IMG/VR virus record: IMGVR_UViG_649633079_000003
Length of the DNA stretch: 64,000 bases
Reading direction: 5' to 3' (one strand)
From: an uncultured virus (IMG/VR IMGVR_UViG_649633079_000003)
Taxonomy: Duplodnaviria > Heunggongvirae > Uroviricota > Caudoviricetes
Shown in pieces: positions 1 to 10,146 of the stretch (within the stretch, counting starts at the first letter, position 1; each line of letters starts with the position of its first letter). A model generated the notes under the pieces. It had not been told where the DNA came from and searched no databases. It saw only the letters and a program-made list of their open reading frames with translations. Position numbers and translations under genes: made by a program.

Positions 1-3000
1 ATGAATATTCAATCGACCAAAAAAGGAATTGCTGCTTTAGTGGCATTCCTTATTATCTTTGGTGTTTTTATATCGCCTATTAAATCCTATGCTCATGAGA
101 ATTACTTTTTCCAGGTATTGATTGATGAAAACCAATACACCTATCAGGGGAATGTCTTAGCTGATGAAGCGGATTGGTTAAGCAATGAGGAAGGGCATAT
201 GGAAGCCCAATTTGGCGATTTTACACCACTCATTAAAGACAATTACACCGCGATTCCCCAAAAAGGTGAAAAAGTGAAAGAAACAAAGGTCGTAGGACAA
301 CAAGCTCTACCCTTTTCTTTTAGCCCAGAGGAAAAAGGGGATGGATGGTTTGATAATACGCCCGTAAACAACGCAACAAAGGATGATGTCAATCGGGCTT
401 ATTTTGTGAAAGATACGTTAGTGACGGGTTTGAATGATGCCTTACGTATTTTAAACAAGAATAAACCATTTGAAGATATGGGTGAGTTACTCACAAAATC
501 CAATGAACTCGGAAACGCTATAAGACAGGTTTCAAATGGTTCCACAGCATCCATTGACGGGTTCACTTTCCGACAAGGACGAGCGTCCTTCAATAAAGAT
601 CCAGATTTGAATAAAAAAACGGGCATCGAAAGCAAGGACTATGTAACCATAAGTCAAACGAAAAATGGAGAAACCCTTGAATATGAATTTGTCTACCGTG
701 TTGTAAAAGGATATACGGAAAAAGGAAATTGGGATAACAAGGTTTACAATGAAGCCTATAAAAATCCGAATGATACTAAATATATTACTTGGAACATGAT
801 CATGTATCAGGGTGTTTATGCATACAGTGCGAAAGGTATGACATCAAAGAATGGCGGAGAAGTTGCTAAACCAGGGCAATTGGAAGAGATGGTTGCTTGG
901 ATGTTTGAAAGTTTATATAACGGAATCCGAAATCTTCTGGGGTTGTATGATCTGAATGAGTTGATTTTTAACGATGGAATTCGTGGTTCTGCTGCGTGGC
1001 ATTATGGTGCGATGCCTATGAATTGGGAGGAAAATGTAACCCTATACCACTGGATCTTCCAATTGATTGCATGGACGGTTATAGGTTTCTCGATTGCCAA
1101 GTTGTTAATTACTCGAAACATCTCGACCATTAATCCATCGATGAGGGTGTCATTAATATCAGGGGTGCAAGATTTGATGATAACCGGAATGATTTTGGCT
1201 TTTACGATGCCCATCATCAATGTGCTGTTAAATATTAATGCAAAGATTGTTGATATCTTTGCGGCTGTGGGTCCTGATTTGGATTCGGTTATGGGAGTGA
1301 ACAATTACTCTAACATGTTGGCTGGAATCATTATTCAATTCTTTTTCTTGTTCATTATGATTTACATGAATTTTACCTATATCATTCGTTCCATTACGAT
1401 TGCCATCTTAACAGCAATGGCTCCGTTATTTGTAGTGACACTGTCGCTGGGGGCAAAGTGGAAAGGTTTGTTCTCGCAATGGATGAAAGAATTGACTTCA
1501 AACATTTTCCTGCAAAGCTTTCATTCCTTTATATTAAGTTTTCTATTTATTTCAACGACTTCGTCTCGTGGTATTGAAGCGATTGTGATTTGTTTTGCCT
1601 TGATTCCATTAACCGAATTTTTTAGAGGCATGATTATGGGACAAGCTGGAGGAATTGCAAGTCGAATGGGGATGGGATCGGTTGTTGCTGGTGCTGGTCT
1701 TGCCATGGGTGCAGCACAAAAAGGAACATCTATGGGACAAAAACGAGTTCAGAATAGCAATGGTCAATCGGGGTCACCCTCTTCACTCAATGGAGGTAGT
1801 ACATCGGAGGGTTCAAATGCGATGAGCCAAATGAATATGAATGACCTGAAACTGGGTAGTAGCGATAACTTACGCAATAAAGCGGAAGCAGGCGTTACAC
1901 AGTCACGTACAAAACATCAAGACCTACGCAACGCTCAGCTTCAAAAGCAAGTTCCGCCTGAAATCATAAGTAAGGGAATGGATTCCCAAGAATATAAGGA
2001 ATACATGGGAGCACCGATTCTGAGTGAAGCCCAAGCAAAATATGCGGATTTGAAAGACAACTTCAAAGCAGATTTGCAATCTGGAATTCAGAATGCAGTT
2101 TCTGGAACGGGTCTTAAAAATATGGCTATGGGTACAGGAAAAACGTTACTTGGTGCTTCGGCTATGATGGCAGGTGCTGGATTTGCAATGGCATTTGGCG
2201 GAGAAAACGCTGGAGCTGTAGCGATGGGATCAAGAGTTGCTGGCATGGGAGGACGAACGGCTTACCAAACAGCTAAAGCTGGCATTACGAAAGTAGCACC
2301 ATCTGTAGGTCAAGCTGCACTCATAGCGGGTTCAGTAGGTGCAGGATTCGTGGCTGCAAAAATGGGCTCAGCGAATTCAGGTTCAAATAGCGCATCAGCA
2401 ACAAATTTGCTTAATCATCAAAGAGCTGGAAAAATGGGTCAAGGTCAATCGGATGTTCCATTAAGTCAGGGTACAACAGAATCTCATACAACACCTGAAA
2501 CATCTTCTGCTGAAAACCTGGGCAGCGCTCATGCAGCTAACTACAGAACACTCACAGAGAATATCGGTCAAAGATCGATAGGTAATGATGGAGATTTTCA
2601 AGTGTATCGAGACGGAGCAGCTTTACGAGCGCAAGGTATTCTGAAAGCCAGCGAAAACTCAAACGGAACCTCCGTGTATTCATATGACACCTCAAAACTG
2701 AGTGATGGCGATCGAAATAATATTCAAACGTATGCCAATACGTTTAGTGGAAACAACCAAGATCAAATCACTCAACTAAGAAAAAGTGGAGTGGAAGGTG
2801 CTTGGAAAAATCAAGACGGTAGTATCGGGGTGGCATACAACCAAATGGGTAAGGAAAAGCTGGGAATTCAACGAGTGGATACCGTTGGTGGAAACATCGT
2901 GGAAACGAAACGTTCGAATCAACCAGAATCGACAAGAGTTTCATTTCAAGTGCCTCTTCAGCATTCTGCTAATGCATCAACGGGTGCATCGAAAGGTAGA

Positions 3001-3360
3001 GAAGGTTTCTCCATTAGTGGAGGAGAGATTAATAACTCTTCTATTGTGAATAAATCGGGCGGTGTGTCCATTAGCGGTGGAGAAGTTAACAATTCCTCAA
3101 TCAGAAATAAATCAGGTGGCGTTTCCATTAGCGGAGGAGAGATAAACAATTCCTCCATTCGGAATACATCTGGTGGAATTTCCATTCACGGAGGAGCGAT
3201 TAACAATTCATCTGTCGCGAATACATCGCCAAGTGGAGCATCGAATCATTCGAGATCAATGATGGATGAGATTAATCAAAAGATCAGAAGCGGAGATGTC
3301 ATGGTTAATAACGATGTCATCATAATGGGTGGAACATTAAAAAACAACATCATAAAATAA
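1..3360 (+). CDS. Conjugation membrane protein, VirB6/TrbL-like, with long low-complexity C-terminal tail
   Basis: Signal peptide, central multi-TM block (IRSITIAILTAMAPLF...FSQWMKELTSNIFLQSFH), Gly/Ala/Ser-rich tail; adjacent to a cell-wall hydrolase and a pilin-like gene. Confidence 0.7.
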   Translation: MNIQSTKKGIAALVAFLIIFGVFISPIKSYAHENYFFQVLIDENQYTYQGNVLADEADWLSNEEGHMEAQFGDFTPLIKDNYTAIPQKGEKVKETKVVGQQALPFSFSPEEKGDGWFDNTPVNNATKDDVNRAYFVKDTLVTGLNDALRILNKNKPFEDMGELLTKSNELGNAIRQVSNGSTASIDGFTFRQGRASFNKDPDLNKKTGIESKDYVTISQTKNGETLEYEFVYRVVKGYTEKGNWDNKVYNEAYKNPNDTKYITWNMIMYQGVYAYSAKGMTSKNGGEVAKPGQLEEMVAWMFESLYNGIRNLLGLYDLNELIFNDGIRGSAAWHYGAMPMNWEENVTLYHWIFQLIAWTVIGFSIAKLLITRNISTINPSMRVSLISGVQDLMITGMILAFTMPIINVLLNINAKIVDIFAAVGPDLDSVMGVNNYSNMLAGIIIQFFFLFIMIYMNFTYIIRSITIAILTAMAPLFVVTLSLGAKWKGLFSQWMKELTSNIFLQSFHSFILSFLFISTTSSRGIEAIVICFALIPLTEFFRGMIMGQAGGIASRMGMGSVVAGAGLAMGAAQKGTSMGQKRVQNSNGQSGSPSSLNGGSTSEGSNAMSQMNMNDLKLGSSDNLRNKAEAGVTQSRTKHQDLRNAQLQKQVPPEIISKGMDSQEYKEYMGAPILSEAQAKYADLKDNFKADLQSGIQNAVSGTGLKNMAMGTGKTLLGASAMMAGAGFAMAFGGENAGAVAMGSRVAGMGGRTAYQTAKAGITKVAPSVGQAALIAGSVGAGFVAAKMGSANSGSNSASATNLLNHQRAGKMGQGQSDVPLSQGTTESHTTPETSSAENLGSAHAANYRTLTENIGQRSIGNDGDFQVYRDGAALRAQGILKASENSNGTSVYSYDTSKLSDGDRNNIQTYANTFSGNNQDQITQLRKSGVEGAWKNQDGSIGVAYNQMGKEKLGIQRVDTVGGNIVETKRSNQPESTRVSFQVPLQHSANASTGASKGREGFSISGGEINNSSIVNKSGGVSISGGEVNNSSIRNKSGGVSISGGEINNSSIRNTSGGISIHGGAINNSSVANTSPSGASNHSRSMMDEINQKIRSGDVMVNNDVIIMGGTLKNNIIK
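3004..3231 (+). repeat. 4 x 57-bp degenerate coding repeat (GxSISGGEINNSSIxNxSG)
   Basis: Units start at 3004, 3061, 3118 and 3175. Confidence 0.85.
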
Positions 3361-3363
3361 GCC

Positions 3364-3395
3364 AAATGGAGTTCCTAAACGGGAACTCCATTTTT
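3364..3395 (+). terminator. Intrinsic terminator
   Basis: aaatggagttcc/ggaactccattt hairpin plus T-run directly after the stop. Confidence 0.8.
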
Positions 3396-3553
3396 CATGT
3401 ATTATTGGCTGTTTTTGATCTTAAAGGAGAAGCGAAGGTATGACCATGAAGCTTCCTTGTTCTACGTGTGGGTAGGTATGCCAAACGGTTATGTTTCAAT
3501 TCCTTTTCGAGTACAAGAGTAAATACAAAAAACTCGAAAAGGAGGGTGAAGCG

Positions 3554-6133
3554 ATGAATATAAACGGGAATCAAGAAGAAAATCCATTAGAGAATATTAC
3601 AAAAGAAGTCGGTAATAAAGCCGCTAAAGCAGGGAAGCAGGGAGCGAAAGCACTTGCAAAAAAAGCGGGGAAAATGGCAGGGAAGGCGCTGCTATCGGCT
3701 GCAAAAAAAGGGATGGCGGTCGCGATGAAAGCTATTGCTTCTGCACTTGCTCCCCTCATACCCTATATATTGTTAGGAATTGTTATTCTTTTCGTCATTG
3801 TGGCTGGTTATTATGTTCTATTTGAAACCAGAGGAGCGGAGAGCCATTATTCATTAAATCAAGAAGATGAAAATATAACGAAAATGAATGATAAAGGATA
3901 CTTTTCAACTTCTAAAATGTCAGGTAAAAACAAGGCTATTCTTGAATTTTATAATTATTTCGGTACAAGAGCCTATCGGCAAATTGTAGGTAACGATAAT
4001 ACAAAGCTTGAAAAGCCAGAAGATACAAAGATTAAAGATTTTTATAATCAAGAAAAACTATTCTCCATTAATCCTAACTTTCTATTTGTATTGGATGAGT
4101 ACGTTTTTAAAGGACAATTTAAATATCCTGAACAGTTTATTCAACCTGTTAATTATGATCCAAAAGAATTGAAGCTGGAGCAACTTGTGAATGACAAATA
4201 TGAAGTAACGGCAGAGTCAATGAAATATGATGAAAAAACAGGTTTAAAAACAAAAGAGAAGGAAAAATCAGTTCATGATTATGGAATTGGTTCTATATTT
4301 AAATACAAAAAGGATGAAATACTTAATACGGTAGAAGGGAATTACTATGCAGCAGAAGTAGTGCGAGGAGAGCATGTTGAAGTTGTGCCGATTAATGAAC
4401 CCTATCGTGAAGTGATGCACGATTACCCCAAGGAGATCCATTTGATTGATAAGGCGATTACGTTTGCTTTAGACGTGCAGCTCGCCTATGAAAAGGTTAA
4501 GACTCCCTTGGAAGGATTAAAAGATGGGAGAACCAAAGATCCGAAAACGAATTTGTCCAAAGTCTATTATAAGACACAGATTATTTACGATAAGGATGGT
4601 CAGCCTGTGGGTAAGGTTGACTTGTATAAGTATCGCAAAGGGTATGTGTATGAGACGAAGCCTGTGCCTACACCTGAAAACAACATTGAAAATAAGTATG
4701 GAACGAAATATATTAAAGATTATATGTTCTTTTTTAATGCCTGGGTTCCAAAATCCGTGATGACTGAATTTAATTTTGATGAGCGGGTAGGTTCAATTTT
4801 GGATACCGATTTAGACGTGGGCTCGCAATTGGACAGTGAAAACTTCAGAAGATCCATGCAATATTTTGATATTGTTTCCAAGTATGCTGAGGATTATGGG
4901 GTAGATCCATATATTATCATCGCAAAAATGGCTCAAGAATCCGGCGGGAATCCCAACCCGAGTAACGGGCAAGGACTAATGCAAATTAGTTATACAAGTA
5001 ATTATCGAGCCATTAGTGCAAAAAATGTCCGAACAGGGCAGAACGAAACATTTGCGGTGGCGAATCAATCGGATCGCGAAGATCCAGAGAAAGCGATCAG
5101 GTGGGCTGTCATGTATTTTGCAACCAAGCTTGATAAGTTTGACGGAGATTCACTAAAAGCACTCCAAGCTTACAATGTTGATGTCAGTGGGTATATTCAA
5201 AAACATTATCCTGAGGCTTGGCAAACCACGGATTGGATGAACTATCGAGAGGAAGCGCGCCTTTATTATGGACAAAAAGAGGGGTACGGGGAAACCAGAA
5301 GTGCGAGCTATGATTGTGCACCTAATTTGCAGAAGTCATCGGGAAAGGTATATGGAGACGTTTGCTATGTTGAACATGTACTTCGCTATTACGGTGGTGA
5401 GGCTATGAGTGGTCTTGAAGAGCATGACACTGATAAATCAAATGGCGTCGTAGACTTTTTCAATAAGCTATTCAATATTAAACAAAAAAAATATGACGAC
5501 AACGAAGTGAGAAGTAAATTTACTCACAATATGGGAAATCGAGAAATCGATATGACGATTAAATCGGTGACTACTTTTAGTCAAAAGGTTTTATTCTCGG
5601 AGGTCGGGAATACAGAGGAGTTGGAGTTTTGGGATGATGCCTTTTCGACTACAAATGGGAACTTATCTCGGGATCAATTCGCTAAAATGGTTCCAGGTGC
5701 AGATGGCTATATTTCTCCTGTTGCACTGGATACGATTCGAATTAGTTCAGGTTTCGGATCTCGGATTGACCCTGTGACACATAAAAAGGGTGCATTCCAT
5801 AAAGGTGTAGACGTGCCTCTACCTATTGGAACCCCTGTGTATGCTATATCCAATGGCACCGTTGAAGCGGCTGGGAAGGCAAGCGGCTATGGTCAGTGGG
5901 TTGTGATTCGGCTGGACGATGGAGCGAAAACCGTATACGGGCATATAAGCAAATGGGCGGTTAAAGCGGGAGACAAAGTAAGTCAGGGGCAGATCGTTGC
6001 TTATTCAGGAAATGAAGGGAAATCCACAGGTCCTCACTTGCACTTTGAGTATCATCTGAATGGTAAACCAACGGATCCTTACTCTATTGTTGTGAGAAAT
6101 GAAGAGAAGAATTCATTGCCTCCAGAACCATAA
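3554..6133 (+). CDS. Conjugative cell-wall hydrolase (VirB1-like): SLT lytic transglycosylase + M23 peptidase
   Basis: AKMAQESGG...GLMQI...ALQAYN (SLT); HKGVD, YGH, TGPHLHFE (M23); N-terminal TM; RBS ggagggtg before ATG 3554. Confidence 0.85.
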   Translation: MNINGNQEENPLENITKEVGNKAAKAGKQGAKALAKKAGKMAGKALLSAAKKGMAVAMKAIASALAPLIPYILLGIVILFVIVAGYYVLFETRGAESHYSLNQEDENITKMNDKGYFSTSKMSGKNKAILEFYNYFGTRAYRQIVGNDNTKLEKPEDTKIKDFYNQEKLFSINPNFLFVLDEYVFKGQFKYPEQFIQPVNYDPKELKLEQLVNDKYEVTAESMKYDEKTGLKTKEKEKSVHDYGIGSIFKYKKDEILNTVEGNYYAAEVVRGEHVEVVPINEPYREVMHDYPKEIHLIDKAITFALDVQLAYEKVKTPLEGLKDGRTKDPKTNLSKVYYKTQIIYDKDGQPVGKVDLYKYRKGYVYETKPVPTPENNIENKYGTKYIKDYMFFFNAWVPKSVMTEFNFDERVGSILDTDLDVGSQLDSENFRRSMQYFDIVSKYAEDYGVDPYIIIAKMAQESGGNPNPSNGQGLMQISYTSNYRAISAKNVRTGQNETFAVANQSDREDPEKAIRWAVMYFATKLDKFDGDSLKALQAYNVDVSGYIQKHYPEAWQTTDWMNYREEARLYYGQKEGYGETRSASYDCAPNLQKSSGKVYGDVCYVEHVLRYYGGEAMSGLEEHDTDKSNGVVDFFNKLFNIKQKKYDDNEVRSKFTHNMGNREIDMTIKSVTTFSQKVLFSEVGNTEELEFWDDAFSTTNGNLSRDQFAKMVPGADGYISPVALDTIRISSGFGSRIDPVTHKKGAFHKGVDVPLPIGTPVYAISNGTVEAAGKASGYGQWVVIRLDDGAKTVYGHISKWAVKAGDKVSQGQIVAYSGNEGKSTGPHLHFEYHLNGKPTDPYSIVVRNEEKNSLPPEP

Positions 6134-6143
6134 GCATAGCAAC

Positions 6144-6179
6144 AAAAAAGGATTAGGAGAGATTCTCTAATCCTTTTTT
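6144..6179 (+). terminator. Intrinsic terminator
   Basis: aaaaaaggattag/ctaatcctttttt hairpin. Confidence 0.75.
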
Positions 6180-6247
6180 GTTTTTCTTATAACTTGATGG
6201 AAGCCTCACTATAATATGATATCAAATTTCCACAGGAGGTGAGCATC

Positions 6248-6730
6248 ATGAATAGAAAAACAAGCTTGTTAATGTTTGTGGTCATGTCTGTTGTGATGAT
6301 GATGTCCTTCACATCCATTGCTTTTGCTCAAACAACGCAAGGACAAACACAAAATTTCTCGACGCAAGGAGTTAGTGCGCCTACAACACCTTCGGATAAT
6401 GGGAAATTAGATCAAATTAATGTTACAACCGATCCAAAAGTACATGATGGAATGCCGATAGTTCGACTTCCAAATGTTCAAATAGATCAAGCTGAGAAGT
6501 GGGTGGAGCGAAAAGGATACGATGTTGTAGGAGTTTTACAAACTTTTGTACAACCTTTTGCGATTGCTATTTTTATTGTCGGAGCCATACTAACAGCCGT
6601 TGGATCATTGGGCAATTCTAATTTAATAGGTAAAGGTATCATCGCTATGGTTATTGCGATTGTTATGTATGCCATTGTCCTTTCGGCTCCAGAGCTGATG
6701 GATTTTATGAATGCATGGTTGAAAAGTTAA
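6248..6730 (+). CDS. TrbC/VirB2 pilin-like membrane protein
   Basis: Signal peptide (AFA), two C-terminal hydrophobic helices, conjugation context; RBS aggagg. Confidence 0.55.
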   Translation: MNRKTSLLMFVVMSVVMMMSFTSIAFAQTTQGQTQNFSTQGVSAPTTPSDNGKLDQINVTTDPKVHDGMPIVRLPNVQIDQAEKWVERKGYDVVGVLQTFVQPFAIAIFIVGAILTAVGSLGNSNLIGKGIIAMVIAIVMYAIVLSAPELMDFMNAWLKS

Positions 6731-6864
6731 AGAGAGGTGAAATTCAGGAGAGTGTCAGCATATTGCTGATGCTCTTTTTTCTTTGCTTGAACGAGGTTCG
6801 TTCAAGATTTCATTTAGTAAATAAGTAAACATGATTAGAATAATGTAAATCGTTTTTAGAGAGG

Positions 6865-7590
6865 ATGTGTGGAAGTGTGGAAAACTTGACTCATGGAAAG
6901 ACGCTTGTATTAATCGCTTTAGATTCTGAAAACAGTGAGCATTTCACCTTGATGAAAGTGAATAAAAAAATTGAAATTGTGGATGTGTTGGAGGTGAGGC
7001 TATCTCAAAAAGAATCAGCTTTAGAAGTGGTTAAATGGATTGAACAGGAGGGTCAATATCGTTTGATAAGTGTTTGTGGTGAGCAATACATGACTTTTGT
7101 TAAATGTATGGAGCAATTTGCTCTGACGATCCCAAAAGATTTTTTTCGAGCTTTAAAAAGTAGGTTTTGGAATGTGCAAAGTGAAATCGTTTATCGTTTA
7201 AAATGTCCAGTGCACTTCAATTTGGAGCAACTGACATTTTTATATGGACTCACGTATAATACACATCCTGTAAAACATGTATCCGATGCTTTTCAGCTTA
7301 CGACATTGATGGCGGCTTATGCTTATGATACGGAGACGACCCGTAACATTAAGCAAAAGGGGGTTGAAGTTGTTCTTCGGGAAAGACTTTTAAAAGAAAC
7401 CATTGAACAATTAAGTGCAAAAGCCTTTTCTTTAGGGTATAGCCTGAATTTTCAACCCGTTATCCAGGAGGGGAAACAGGCCGTTGAATTGAAGGCGCAA
7501 AAAGAATCTGAGCACTTTTTAACGGTGGGTTCTGATTTGCATGAAGCCTTGGTTGAACTTGCTATGCATCTTATTTTGAAGAAAAGGTGA
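6865..7590 (+). CDS. Hypothetical protein (weak resemblance to a degenerate DnaQ-like fold)
   Basis: 241-aa ORF; catalytic motifs not convincing. Confidence 0.55.
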   Translation: MCGSVENLTHGKTLVLIALDSENSEHFTLMKVNKKIEIVDVLEVRLSQKESALEVVKWIEQEGQYRLISVCGEQYMTFVKCMEQFALTIPKDFFRALKSRFWNVQSEIVYRLKCPVHFNLEQLTFLYGLTYNTHPVKHVSDAFQLTTLMAAYAYDTETTRNIKQKGVEVVLRERLLKETIEQLSAKAFSLGYSLNFQPVIQEGKQAVELKAQKESEHFLTVGSDLHEALVELAMHLILKKR

Positions 7591-7806
7591 ATAGGGTTAT
7601 TAGTAATGACCGAAATGCTTATGATACATTATCCTAAAGATTCCTTACCAGAGGAATAGGAAAATACTTCATTTACATGAAGAAGGAGATGTGGACAGCG
7701 TGCGAAGAACGATTCAGTTAGAGATCTGCGAAGACAGAAATAAGCTAAGAAGTTTTGTTTTTTGCACCAGTAATGATTCAATGTATATGTCCCGTCGATA
7801 AAAACG

Positions 7807-7828
7807 GCCCAGGGGGTTTCCCCTGGGC
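7807..7828. terminator. Terminator hairpin between convergent genes
   Basis: gcccagggg/cccctgggc. Confidence 0.65.
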
Positions 7829-7860
7829 ATTATTTTTGTTGTTAAAATCATATGGTGTCT

Positions 7861-8310
7861 TTACAACTCATAAAGTATACCTTCCGAAAATGTCCATGTT
7901 GGTTTTTTAGCCGCATAAGCATTCTGAGATTTATAGATTTGGAGGGTTACTTTATCTATGCCGTTATTCAGGCTTTTCATAAAAGTAACATATGAATAAG
8001 CGAATTCAGCTACAGCCTCAGATGTTCCAGAAGCAATGATGTGTGAAGTGGCTTTATCGTTTGATTTTTCGACCAAAGCTGTTTCATACATGACCGCATC
8101 AATATTTGCACTTTCTGGAGAAGGTATGATCTGTTTATTGTGTTTAAGGTTATTAAAATCCTGATTCAATGAAGTAACTGTACTTTCTTTTTTATCTGTT
8201 TTAGATTTCTCCAAACTTTTATCTGTGTGCATTTGGGTAAGGAAAAATGCGATTACGATAATGACAACAAACGCAAGTATCCATTTCAAAATTCTTTTAT
8301 GAAATTCCAT
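7861..8310 (-). CDS. Membrane-anchored hypothetical protein
   Basis: N-terminal TM helix; RBS aaaggagtg. Confidence 0.7.
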   Translation of the reverse strand: MEFHKRILKWILAFVVIIVIAFFLTQMHTDKSLEKSKTDKKESTVTSLNQDFNNLKHNKQIIPSPESANIDAVMYETALVEKSNDKATSHIIASGTSEAVAEFAYSYVTFMKSLNNGIDKVTLQIYKSQNAYAAKKPTWTFSEGILYEL

Positions 8311-8477
8311 GCTAAAACACTCCTTTCAGTTCAGCTATCATATTTACGCGCTTTGTCAACAACAATGTTCCCTCCTTCTATATCCTATCTACATTTGAAT
8401 ATAAAAGGGAGGCAATACATGTTTGATTAGGTTTGAGCGTTGTAGATAAGATCAGACTTGTCACACTTCATAAACAT

Positions 8478-8506
8478 TTGACAATGAACATAACATTTCA
8501 TATAAT
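8478..8506 (+). promoter_or_regulatory. Consensus sigma-A promoter for the ncRNA/tRNA island
   Basis: TTGACA (8478-8483), 17 bp, TATAAT (8501-8506). Confidence 0.85.
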
Positions 8507-8519
8507 AACCATATAGCCA

Positions 8520-8560
8520 TTGACTATAAGCAAAATATATTATTGATTGACTATAAATTG
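8520..8560. promoter_or_regulatory. Paired operator-like sites (TTGACTATAGTCAA family)
   Basis: ttgactataagcaa at 8520 and ttgactataaattg at 8547. Confidence 0.6.
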
Positions 8561-8610
8561 ATTTTGGAATAAGATCAAACGCTCATATCTATAATGACGT
8601 TACCCTCAAA

Positions 8611-8759
8611 ACTTTCGAGGTGCAGCATAAGACTACATTACAGAAAATTCTCTTTTTGAATGAAATAATAATTAGGGGTCTGCCTCGACGGATGATTGAA
8701 AAATCATTGGATAAGCAGTCTCTAATCTAACGGTCTTATGAAATAATTTCTTTGGAAGT
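8611..8759 (+). ncRNA. Y-RNA-like structured ncRNA, copy A
   Basis: actttcgagg/ctttggaagt and cataagac/gtcttatg helices, invariant AAGACTACATTACA, inner GAAA-tetraloop hairpin. Confidence 0.7.
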
Positions 8760-8773
8760 GCATTAATTATCAC

Positions 8774-8905
8774 CCTGCGAGGTGCTTGTTAAGACTACAT
8801 TACAGATATCAAATAATATTATGAATTGATTTTAAGTTTTCTCGTTAAGAGACCAAAGTCGGTTTTACTCTTCTATTATTGTCTTAACGTTTCTTTCCTT
8901 GCAGG
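8774..8905 (+). ncRNA. Y-RNA-like structured ncRNA, copy B
   Basis: cctgcgagg/ccttgcagg and tgttaagac/gtcttaacg helices, invariant motif. Confidence 0.7.
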
Positions 8906-8985
8906 TGCATGATTTTATTCCTCTATGATAAGTCCTTGCAGTGAATTGAGAACTTGCCAACCCAAGACAGCAGGGATAAAAACTT

Positions 8986-9043
8986 TCTTTAGGGCGTCAA
9001 AAATTGGGTCAACGCTCGGCAGGTGCGAATCCTCCCTAAAGAC
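8986..9043 (+). ncRNA. tRNA-like element lacking an anticodon arm
   Basis: Acceptor tctttag/ctaaaga, D-like arm gcgt/acgc with TGG loop, T-like arm gcagg-tgcgaat-cctcc. Confidence 0.45.
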
Positions 9044-9198
9044 ATCTCACCGAAGTGTAAGACCTTGCATCAAAACGTCTGACAATGATCAGATGTAGCG
9101 TTGGTTAGGCATTCTCGAATCTTTGAATTTATTCGGGTAGGGGGTTATAGGGTGAGAGATTTAATATGGTTCCTAACCAACTTTGTTGGTTGTGGGAT

Positions 9199-9279
9199 GC
9201 AGAAGTGAGGGAATGTCCGATAGGGTAGACTCAAAATCTATGGGTCAAGATCGTGAGGATTTAGCTTCCTTCACCTGCA
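9199..9279 (+). pseudogene. Degenerate tRNA-Leu(CAA)
   Basis: Anticodon arm gtaga-ctCAAaa-tctat and T-stem gagga/tcctt; two acceptor mismatches; D arm and T-loop decayed. Confidence 0.55.
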
Positions 9280-9287
9280 CTCTATTT

Positions 9288-9370
9288 GCGGGGGTGGCGG
9301 AATCGGCAGACGCATCGGACTTAAAATCCGAGGTCATTGTGACGTGAGGGTTCGAGTCCCTCTCTCCGCA
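9288..9370 (+). tRNA. tRNA-Leu(TAA)
   Basis: Full cloverleaf, tcgga-ctTAAaa-tccga, variable arm, GGTTCGAGTCC; CCA not encoded. Confidence 0.95.
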
Positions 9371-9534
9371 TCATGAAATGATATTGTCGGAAAATGTAAT
9401 TAAAGATTAAAATTTTGATAAATAAATCACCTATTTATGACGTAGTTGTGAATAATGGTGATTTTAAGAGGGTAGAGTTTCAAAGCTCCCGTTTTTTTTA
9501 GCCATAAGCGATTCAAATAAAGGAGGTTTTTTAC

Positions 9535-10056
9535 ATGCAAATTAAGCTTTCTCAAGCGGTTACACTACAATCGATCATTAAAAAACGCCTCGGTGAACTT
9601 AAACAAGAGCGAGATCAATTGGCTTATTTATTCGTTGCAAAAGGAGATCAACCTGATACTCCTGAGGATCGAACATTTGATCAAGTCAACATTGAAATAG
9701 AAGCTACTCAAATGGATTTGCTTGAGGTTGAAAGTAAAATCGCAAAAGCAAACTCAACATTTTGTATCGAATGGGATGGTCGAAATATGACGATCGGTGA
9801 CGCGCTCCGTTTGGCTAAACTGTATCGTGATCGAGCTCGTGAGTATGGGGACTATGGTTCTCAGCGAGATAATGAGATTGATCGTTCAAGAATGTTAACA
9901 ACGCCCGTTTTAAAAGTTCTTACCTATAAACCCAAAGATTATGCGGAAAATGCTCAAAAGCTGACTCGTAAAGCTAACAAGATTTCGGACTTGATTGATG
10001 AGGCAAATTTGCAGAATATGATTTTGTATCCAAGATACTCTGTCTATATGGACTAA
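9535..10056 (+). CDS. DIP1984/DUF6847-like helical protein
   Basis: IKLSQAV...L.ELK, I.KAN, MTIGDAL, LIDEAN pattern recognised by eye; RBS aaggaggt. Confidence 0.65.
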   Translation: MQIKLSQAVTLQSIIKKRLGELKQERDQLAYLFVAKGDQPDTPEDRTFDQVNIEIEATQMDLLEVESKIAKANSTFCIEWDGRNMTIGDALRLAKLYRDRAREYGDYGSQRDNEIDRSRMLTTPVLKVLTYKPKDYAENAQKLTRKANKISDLIDEANLQNMILYPRYSVYMD

Positions 10057-10074
10057 ACACTGCAATTCATAAAG

Positions 10075-10143
10075 CTGGTTCTCACCAGTAGAGACGACAT
10101 CATTACATTCATTTTTGATGTTTTGTCTACTGGTGAGAACCAG
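10075..10143. repeat. Perfect 18-bp inverted repeat hairpin
   Basis: ctggttctcaccagtaga (10075-10092) / tctactggtgagaaccag (10126-10143); inner gacatca/tgatgtt. Confidence 0.9.
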
Positions 10144-10146
10144 TAA

